A stretch of DNA of 18,438 nucleotides, taken from assembly GCF_006345805.1 (NCBI RefSeq), contig NW_021824560.1, forward strand, positions 1 to 18,438. The letters run 5' to 3'. A model generated the notes under the pieces. It saw only the letters and a program-made list of their open reading frames with translations. It was not told the DNA's origin and did not search any database. Positions 10,752 through 18,438 of the stretch are shown here, piece after piece. The stretch's first letter is position 1, and each line of letters starts with the position of its first letter. Source of the stretch: Octopus sinensis. Lineage: Eukaryota. The position numbers were made by a program, and so were the translations under genes.

Positions 10752-10951
10752 CCGCGTGTGTATCGTTGGCGATTTTCTTCCTCCGTCTTCCCTCCTCTGG
10801 ACCTTCCTTTTCCTATCTTTCTGACGAAGAGCTCCGCTCGAAACGTTAGAATCCTCCTTCTTTTTCCTCTCCTGGGCGTCCAATAACACTATACTTGTTT
10901 CACGTCCTCGCGTTGTTGTGTTTTTCTCTTTGTGTTTTCATGTTTGGCTTA
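10750..10951 (+). mobile_element. ~200-bp non-coding element flanked by (TA)n and carrying a minimal hammerhead; candidate Penelope-related or retrozyme-like repeat
   Basis: A complex, pyrimidine-rich sequence bounded by (TA)n on both sides that contains the hammerhead core listed next. Its repetitive nature cannot be shown from this window. Confidence 0.55.
10818..10850 (+). ncRNA. minimal type I hammerhead ribozyme motif
   Basis: CTGACGA (10821-10827), extra A, stem II GAGC/GCTC with a TCC loop (10829-10839), GAAA (10840-10843), palindromic ACGT as helix III, predicted GUU cleavage after 10847. Helix I is only TTT/AGA (3 bp, one G-U) in this copy. Confidence 0.7.
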
Positions 10952-11100
10952 AATATATATATATATATATATTATATAATAATATATATATATATATAAA
11001 TCTATTTATCTATTTATTTCTCCGTCTCCCTATATATATATATATATATGTGTGTGTGTATTTATCTGTGTGTGTGAGTGACTGAGTGTGTGTGTGTGTG
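10952..11100. repeat. (TA)n/(TG)n compound microsatellite
   Basis: Directly visible. Confidence 0.9.
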
Positions 11101-11902
11101 CTTATATATGGTTGAATATGTGCACCGTTGAAAGTTGTTCGAACGTAAACAAAACATAAAACAACAAACAAACAAAACACAGAAAAACCTACCAAAACCA
11201 TATTAGTTATATGATGTCGAAAGATTAACGTTTATCGATCGAACGATCAAACATTTCCGCCCCCTCCATTTTGTGTATGTATAATAATTATTTTACAACA
11301 TTTATTGCCTGCACAGCAAAATATAATTCTTAAAGGTGATATTATGAAACATTAATATTATGAAACGGATTATTTTCCTCCTCTTCTAACCGCTTATAAT
11401 ATATAAGTGAAATAATTCTGTGTATCCTGAGAGACTTGATCGAATTAGACCCGATTCGCTAGCTGCACTGATTCCTAACGGACAAGGTGTGTGTGATAGA
11501 TGTCTGCGACGATATTGAATTAGCGGTACAATAAATTCCTTGTTTGCTTTGTATGTATGTCAACTGTTCAGTAATATTCAATAATATATTACTGACCAGG
11601 CAGAGATATAAACTTATAAACGTGTTGGTTGGAGTAACAACAGTAGACAAAGAGAGGAGGTGACGCTTTTTAGTTGTTTTTTTTTTTTTCGTTTATAGGT
11701 GCTTTTTACCATTTTATTTATGTATTCTTCATTAACTGGTATCAGGAAATGTATAAATATTGCGCCACCTCCCTTCTGGTGAGCGTTCACTAACCACCCC
11801 CTCTTACACGTCCCCACCCCACACAGATGTATCAGATAGTTCGGATGAGCCACAAGCGGTGAAACTTCGAAGTGTCACTGGCAAGAATTTATTGCGTAGG
11901 AT

Positions 11903-12310
11903 TATGTGTGTATGTATGAAGCTATGAATGTATGTATGGGTGGATGGGTGTATGGCTGGCTGGATACATGTATGTATGTATGTATGCATGCAAGTATGTA
12001 TGTATGCACGTCTCTTCTATTTTTAAAAACTATATATCTTCCATTGAGGAGGAGAGAGCCGGTTTCCAACAAAGATTATATATGTATGTATATATGTATA
12101 TATATATATATGTATGCAAGTAAGTATGTATGTATGTATGTATGTATGTATGTATGTATGTATGTATGTATGTATGTGTGCATGTATGTATGCATACATG
12201 TAAGTATGTGTGTATACATGTATATATATATGTATGTATTTATTTATGTATGTATCAATGTATGCTTGGCTGTATGTATGTATGTAAGTATGTAAGTATG
12301 CATGTATGAG
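11903..12310. repeat. degenerate (TATG)n tract with a short unique insert (~12010-12075)
   Basis: Directly visible. Confidence 0.92.
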
Positions 12311-12368
12311 TGTATATCTCTTGTGATATCTATATCAGTATCTATCCATCAATATAGGCCTAGACATG

Positions 12369-12412
12369 GCTGTGAAGATTTTAGAACATTTATGTTCTAA
12401 AATCTTCACAGC
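12369..12412. repeat. perfect inverted repeat with 21-bp arms and a 2-nt spacer
   Basis: GCTGTGAAGATTTTAGAACAT-TT-ATGTTCTAAAATCTTCACAGC. Confidence 0.97.
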
Positions 12413-12606
12413 TTTGGATTTTTTTATCTCATTCTGAAAATTTTTTTTTTTATTTATACACACGCTGATATATGACCTACGTTGGATTCCTTATTCGTAT
12501 AATCTCCGAACCTGGAACTCAACTATGGTCTATCCATAACACTTACTCAGCATTACCTGACACCTTTGGGTCTCAATGACACCATTACCTCTCATAACCC
12601 CTTTCA

Positions 12607-12684
<78 letters not shown>

Positions 12685-12686
12685 TC

Positions 12687-12722
<36 letters not shown>

Positions 12723-12898
12723 GAAACAGATTATAGATAGATAGACAGAGATATGGATGTAAATATAAACATGCATGCATACATACGTACATATATATAT
12801 ACATAGATGCATACATACATACATACATACATACATACATACATACATACATACATACATACATACATACATACATACATACATACATACATACACAC
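12607..12898. repeat. (CT)n, (TA)n and (CATA)n compound microsatellite
   Basis: Directly visible. Confidence 0.95.
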
Positions 12899-13651
12899 AC
12901 GTGCGGACGTGCACTGGTTGTCTTGCAATTGTTGATCTGGTATGTTTAAAACCAATCATAATTATGATGGAGCACACAAATTTCCGTAACGCATTAGTCT
13001 AGTTCCCTGGATGGCCACAGTTGACATTAGGTATAATTTATAATGCTCGGGATGTCTAGATATCGTTAGCTGACACAGCTCCAGGGATTAGAGGAAAATT
13101 CTTGTCTGTTTGCCTAGATTCTGTCAATAGTTATGGCTTCTATCTAAAGTATAAATGTTAGTAGTTGTGTAACACGTAAGCAGAGGTTGATACCAATGTA
13201 GGTAAATACAAATGCGCTGATTGGATGCAGTATGTAGATGTGGATGCTGATTGGAATGTGTTGTGTGGGTTCATCATCTATGTTAGAAGAGAAAAGGAGA
13301 AAATATTACATTTTGTGCCTGTATAAAAAAGTGGGATGGAATCAAAGGTCGCACATTTAAATATAATATTTACTAACGGAAAGAGTGTGGTCACCATCGC
13401 CATTGCTGGAGACGTAGTCAGACTTTACACGGATAAGTACCTGCTGCAGGTCCTGACAGAAAGATGCATTCCATGTAATGTGATCGAGGTATGTCGACAG
13501 CATAAATCTTAAAACGAAACCAACCCGACGGGAGGATAGCTGCTCCACTTGTACATCGAGGCGACTATTGACTACTCTGGTTAATGACATACATCCTTAT
13601 GTTGACATCAACAAAGATAATAATATTAGATAAAAATTTAAATAAAAATTA

Positions 13652-13759
13652 TGGGCAAGTGTCTTCTACTATAGCCTCGACACGACCAAAGCCTTGTGAG
13701 TGGATTTGGTAGATGGAAACTGAAAGACCGTCGTATATATGTATATATATGTATATATA

Positions 13760-13810
<51 letters not shown>

Positions 13811-13817
13811 TTATATA

Positions 13818-13850
<33 letters not shown>

Positions 13851-14074
13851 ATGTGTGTGCATGTATGTGTTTGTGTGTCTGTGTTTGTCCCCCCAACATC
13901 GCTTGACAACTGATGCTGGTGTGTTTACCTCCCCGTAACTTAGCGGTTCGGCAAAAGAAACCGATAGAATAAGTACTAGGCTTACAAAGAATAAGTCCTG
14001 GGGTTGATTTGCTCGACTAAAGGCGGTGCTCCAGCATGGCCTCAGTCAAATGACTGAAGCAAGTAAAAGAGTAA
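13652..14074 (+). mobile_element. SINE A, 5'-truncated at the CORE-like motif
   Basis: Starts TGGGCAAGTGTCTTCTACTATAGCC, has an ~135 bp internal TA/TATG tract and an intact 3' module ending AAGTAAAAGAGTAA. Possible 6-bp TSD AATTAT (13647-13652 and 14073-14078), weak. Confidence 0.92.
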
Positions 14075-14083
14075 TTATATATA

Positions 14084-14130
<47 letters not shown>

Positions 14131-14150
14131 ATGTATATATATATATATAA
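14075..14150. repeat. (TA)n microsatellite
   Basis: Directly visible. Confidence 0.95.
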
Positions 14151-14340
14151 TAAACCGAGTAAAGTTTGAAAATGCGTCAAATTTTTATATGCATATGTGT
14201 TTTTTACGTAATAAAAACAAATTCAACTTTTTTAACATAAGGGAAAAGTTAGTTTTATACTATATATTTATATGTATGAAGATAAAAATAAATTTTCGCA
14301 GAATAAATGTTTTCGTATGATAGTTTAACTGAAAATATAT

Positions 14341-14553
14341 TCTTTTCTACCCCAGGCACAAGGCCAGAAATTTTTGGGGAGGGGCCAGTCGATTGGATCG
14401 GCACCAATACGCAACCGGTACATAATTTATCGACCCCGGATGGATGACAGGCGAAGTCGACCTCGGCGGAATTTGAACTCAGAACATAACGGCAGACGAA
14501 ATACGGCTACGCATTTCGCCCGGCGTGCTAACGTTTCTGCCAGCTCGCCGCCC
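14341..14553 (-). mobile_element. SINE B, full-length, tail type 2, with a perfect 16-bp TSD
   Basis: The reverse complement reads GGCGGCGAGCTGGCAGAAACGTTAGCACG..GAGTTCAAATTCC..Meta-like..GGCCCCTCCCCAAAAATTTCTGGCCTTGTGCC. TSD TTAACTGAAAATATAT at 14325-14340 and 14554-14569. Confidence 0.95.
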
Positions 14554-14881
14554 TTAACTGAAAATATATCGGCGTATGTATTCATAAGTGAAGTTTTTCA
14601 TAGATAACACAAGTGAAAAAAAAAAAGAAAAAGGAAAAAAGAAAGGAGGGGGGTGTGGGTGGAAACATGCTACTTCGAGTCACCTATAATGGAAACAGAC
14701 GTTTTAGTGTATACATTTTTGAATGTGCTGCGACTAAAAGAGATTTTGTAGTAAAAGAAAAATGCCATTTTCGACTGACCAGGATCCGTTTTACACTAAT
14801 ATTCAGCTCTTCAAAGTTTGGTTAATTCTTCCTTATTTAAAACCATGTGTGTTTTAATGAATAAGTCGGCATGACGCGCGC

Positions 14882-15485
14882 GTGTTTGTGATTTTGTGTT
14901 TGTCTCTCAGATAACTGGTATTGGATTGTTTTAAGGCGGCGAGCTGGCAGAATCGTTAGCACGCCGGACGAAATACTTTCGTCTGCCGTTACGTTCTGGG
15001 GTCAAATCCCACCGAGGTCGACTTTGCCTTTCATCGATTAAATAAGTACCAGGAATGCACTGGGTTCGATGTAATCGACTTAATCCGTTTGTCTGTCCTT
15101 GTTTGTCCTCTCTGTGTTTAGCCCCTTGTGGGTAGTAAAGAAATAGGTATTTCGTCTGCCGCTACGTTCTGGGTTCAAATTCCGCCGAGGTCGACTTTGC
15201 CTTTCATCTTTTCGGGGTCGATAAATTAAGTATCTGTTACGCACTGGGGTCGATATAAGAGACTTAATCCGTTTGTCTGTCCTTGCTTGTCCCCTCTGTA
15301 TGTAGCCCCTTGTGGGTAGTAAAGAAATAGGTATTAGATTGTTTTTATTTCTGTGACAAAATAGACCGACAGAATAGTAAAAGATTTAGAAAAACTAGAA
15401 TCGATTTATTCCACTAAAACCCCTCAAGGCGGTAATCCAGCATGACCGCAGTCGAATGACTGACTCAAATAATATATAAAAGATA
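14882..15485 (+). mobile_element. old SINE A 3' module interrupted by the SINE B dimer (parts 14882-14932 and 15346-15485)
   Basis: Joining the flanks restores GTGTTTGTG..TGTGTTTGTC..GATAACTGGTATTGG..GACCGACAGAATA..AAGGCGGTAATCCAGCATGACCGCAGTC..TGACTGA. Confidence 0.7.
14933..15329 (+). mobile_element. SINE B head-to-tail dimer (14933-15145 full, 15146-15329 headless), tail type 1, with a 16-bp TSD
   Basis: Two copies of B-box, Meta-like domain and tail ending AAAGAAATA. TSD GGTATT(G/A)GATTGTTTT at 14917-14932 and 15330-15345. Confidence 0.95.
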
Positions 15486-15837
15486 AACGAAACTGTGAAT
15501 ACAAACCAGAAATGAATGCATAAATTTTTTAGAAGTTATATACAAAGCAGACATGATGACGTCACAAACAAAAAGACAAAAAAACAGAAAGAACATCATT
15601 TGCTGAATGTAAAACGATGGAAGGCATTGAAAAGGCCACAGCTGTGTGAAGAGTGATTTACAAGAAGTAATATTTAATTAATTGATTAATTGATTAGTTA
15701 ACAATAAAACTGAAGTGAACTACATCCAATTTCTGTCTTTTTCTATCGGCACTTTGACCTCCCAAAGTACAACAACAGCGTCAGTTTCAAAACACATTTG
15801 CTCATTGCAATCGTTGCCAAAGATTAAAAGCAGCCAT

Positions 15838-15937
15838 GTATATATATATATATATGTATAGAGAGAGAGAGAGAGAAAGTGAGAAAGAGATAGATAGATA
15901 GATAGATAGATATTCATGCATATATATACATATATAT

Positions 15938-15979
<42 letters not shown>

Positions 15980-16027
15980 CTATATATATATAATTATATA
16001 TAATTATATATACATATATATATACAC

Positions 16028-16059
<32 letters not shown>

Positions 16060-16178
16060 ACAAAAAATAAAATATATATGCATATATACATATATATACA
16101 TATATATACATATGTATATATACATATATATTCATATATATATATACACACATATATATATACATATATATCACACGC

Positions 16179-16262
<84 letters not shown>

Positions 16263-16272
16263 CACACACACA
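15838..16272. repeat. (TA)n/(GA)n/(GATA)n/(CATA)n compound microsatellite
   Basis: Directly visible. Confidence 0.95.
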
Positions 16273-16358
16273 CGCATGTATTATATTTCATTTATTATTC
16301 TTAAACAAGAATATTGTTAACAGCAACTTCGAATTTCCGGCCTGTTAAGCCAACAGAC

Positions 16359-16407
16359 TGGTAATCAGACGATGGTTTATCTGGCCGAAACTTCAAAGTC
16401 CCTACCA
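16359..16407 (+). ncRNA. decayed type I hammerhead-like motif (probably inactive)
   Basis: TGGTAAT-CAGACGA-T-GGTT(TATCT)GGCC-GAAA-CTT(CA)AAG-TC-CCTACCA. Module order and spacing are correct, but there is a U4>A change and two helix I mismatches next to the core. Confidence 0.45.
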
Positions 16408-16542
16408 ATAATATTCATGCTTATGAAGCAAACAATATTACTATGGAGGATATTTTCCTGGTGTCTCTCCATGAGATATTGAATGCTTTATTTCACACGT
16501 CAACGTTTCATTTGGATTCACGAGTAAAGACGTTCTGCCAAG

Positions 16543-17180
16543 TTCATAGAGCTTTCGGTGGCGAAAGATTGACCGTTATGTAAACCTCCTCGAGGAATGT
16601 GAAGACGCAGGCTGGAAAGTGGAGCATTTTCCAATCGAAGTTGGATGTAGAGGGTTTGTTGGACACAGTGTGAGACGACTGTTGTTATCGTTAGGCCTAA
16701 CTCGTCGACACGCAAATATTCCAAATACTTTTCACCCCTTTATCACCTTTAACACAAATGTCTGATGGGGTAGGCATGAATGTGTAGTAATAAGCTTTAT
16801 TTCCAATCACATGGTACCTGGTTCGGTCTCATTGCGTGGTACCTTGGGCAAATGCCTTTCACTATAGCTTCGGGCCGACCAAAGCCTTGTGAGTGGATTT
16901 GGTAGATAGAAACAGAAAGAAACTCATCGTATATATATATATATGCTTTCGTTAGGCCTAACACCATGGCCCATATCCAAACTGCAGTGGAAAAGGATAG
17001 CAACTGGACTTGGTTAAAAAGAGACCATGAACGATGGCTAAAAGAATATTGAGCTTTATTTGATAACCAGTTGATCTAGCAAGCGGGGCCTCATATCAGT
17101 GAGTGGGATCGGTGCGCTTTGGGGCCGTCGAAAGGTAGGCCCCGAAACGGCGTGCATTCTCTCCTGATGATCCCATACAC
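16543..17180 (+). mobile_element. decayed 3' end of a HERO-like RLE non-LTR retrotransposon, interrupted at 16702-16948
   Basis: Plus-strand FIELSV..RKIDRYVNLLEECEDAGWKVEHFPIEVGCRGFVGHSVRRLLLSLGL (16543-16701), resuming as IQTAVEKDSNWTWLKRDHERWLKEY* (stop at 17050-17052), then a GC-rich hairpin 3' UTR. ELxVP, PIEVGCRGF and WxWxKR are recalled as HERO-type RLE motifs. Confidence 0.8.
16767..16944 (+). mobile_element. SINE A left module only (head, CORE-like motif, (TA)n)
   Basis: AGGCATGAATGTGTAGTAA, GGTTCGGTCTC, CCTTGGGCAAATG and ACCAAAGCCTTGTGAGTGGATTTGG; ends in (TA)n with no 3' module. Confidence 0.88.
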
Positions 17181-17714
17181 TTGTGCTGGCTTCCGGTATG
17201 CGGAGCTTTCGACTGGTAGCACTTGCACGTGCAAGTTGTTTGCAAAACATCGGTGGCGAAGGAGGCCTCCAGACCTCATAATGAATGAAAACATTATATG
17301 TTTTTTCTATTGGTAGTCTTGCAAACCTCCGGTAGAAGGTCGCTCACTGAAACATCAACTGATTTATGACAGAAGGGGCCCTTCAGCTCTTTAACTGCTT
17401 ATCTAAGAGAAGGTAACTCCATACTATTATTGCACCCAGATGACTACAGGGCTCGTGGTACTTGTTGCACATGACCAACGCATGTTTGAAGGACGAGTGG
17501 GTGAGATGGCTCTGCATGTACCATAACACTATAGTAATAAACTCTTGCTGCTTTGTGAGATAATTTTCAAAAAAAGGAGGAAAGGACCCTAAACCAGATA
17601 TGTATAACTATAGTTGATCAATGTCTGGTATACCCTGCTGCTCCGTAGATGCTGCAGACATACTGATTTGTTTTTCATTTATGTTGAATCCATGAGTGGA
17701 GAGGCAGCAACTGT

Positions 17715-18014
17715 GTGTTTATTGAGCGAAAACACCTAAAGCTCCACGAGGCTCCGGCAGGGAGTGGTGAAAACCCCTGTTGTACACTTTCGCCCTAGCT
17801 TTCTCTCACTCTTTCTTCCTGTTTCTTGTCCCCGACTTCCTACGAAACCGCTGAGCCTGGATGCGCATTCATCCATCCGTCGATGCTCTCTGTGTCGGGG
17901 GTTGACCTGCTTTCTCTTCTGCAGGTCTTACGAATAGCAAAGGACCACGTTTCGGACTTCTCCCATCTTGCGAGCTCTGGGACGAAGACCGTTCGCTCAA
18001 CAGCAACAGCAACA
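17715..18014 (+). mobile_element. 5'-truncated retroposon (SINE family C) with a (CAGCAA)n tail and an 11-bp TSD
   Basis: TSD GCAGCAACTGT at 17704-17714 and 18015-18025, and a structured 3' end. The 5' part GTGTTTATTGAGCGAAAACACCTAAAGCTCCACGAGGCTCCGGCAGG resembles octopus SINE bodies as recalled; the family name is unverified. Confidence 0.75.
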
Positions 18015-18438
18015 GCAGCAACTGTACTTTAAGCGATACATTTGTTTCTGTGAATAGCCCAAGCATAGCAGAGATGGGTGACTGCACTGTCTCTGCAATA
18101 GCGTCGATCAAAGACAAAAAATTAACCATCTTGCGAGCACTTCCTTGTTGTTGATGGTAGGTAAACATTTTTAATGTATTGCAAGTTTCTTCGCCTTGAA
18201 CAGCTGCCCTGCAACACCGCGATTTTGAGCTCGGATGCCCAAATTGTATGAGGAATGTGCGTGGTTCTATCTTGAATGATGGTATGGGATCCTTGTTTAA
18301 TTGTTCTGGTCTGAGTGATTAAGAGCGGAACACACATTTTCTGTCAAGAGTAGTCAGAGTCGAGATTACTAACACCAACCAATTAGTGGATAATTGGGCA
18401 AAACGGATTAACGTGCGGCTGAAAGATGAAATAGTTGT

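Noticed and set aside
15557-15564. CRE palindrome TGACGTCA
   Set aside because: A single 8-mer with no promoter context; not enough to call a regulatory site.
17936-17971. Minus-strand hammerhead-like GCAAG-ATG-GGA(GAAG)TCC-GAAA-C(GTG)GTC-CTTTGC
   Set aside because: The CUGANGA core is absent (only 3 nt between helix I and helix II), it is antisense to the element, and the pairings are explained by the sense-strand tail structure.

Overview
Non-coding, extremely repeat-rich eukaryotic DNA. The microsatellite load and SINE types point to a coleoid cephalopod, most likely Octopus; this is an inference from recalled repeat families, not from a search. No intact protein-coding gene is supported, and nearly all listed ORFs are translations of (TA)n, (TATG)n, (ATT)n, (GAT)n or (GA)n tracts. 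The window holds three kinds of elements. (1) About 14 full or partial SINE copies of three families: family A (tRNA head, CORE-like motif, internal microsatellite, 3' module), family B (tRNA head, Meta-like domain, two alternative tails) and a 5'-truncated family C with a (CAGCAA)n tail. Several are nested and several have clear target-site duplications. (2) Three decayed 3' ends of restriction-like-endonuclease (RLE) non-LTR retrotransposons: two R4/Dong-like fragments in tandem inside (TAA)n, and one HERO-like fragment with a structured 3' UTR. (3) A ~200 bp non-coding element between (TA)n tracts carrying a minimal type I hammerhead ribozyme core (10821-10847), plus two decayed hammerhead-like motifs. 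The most interesting observations are the hammerhead element, the GGTAYT-anchored insertion pattern and self-nesting of SINE B, the shared truncation point of the two RLE fragments, and a perfect 21-bp-arm palindrome.
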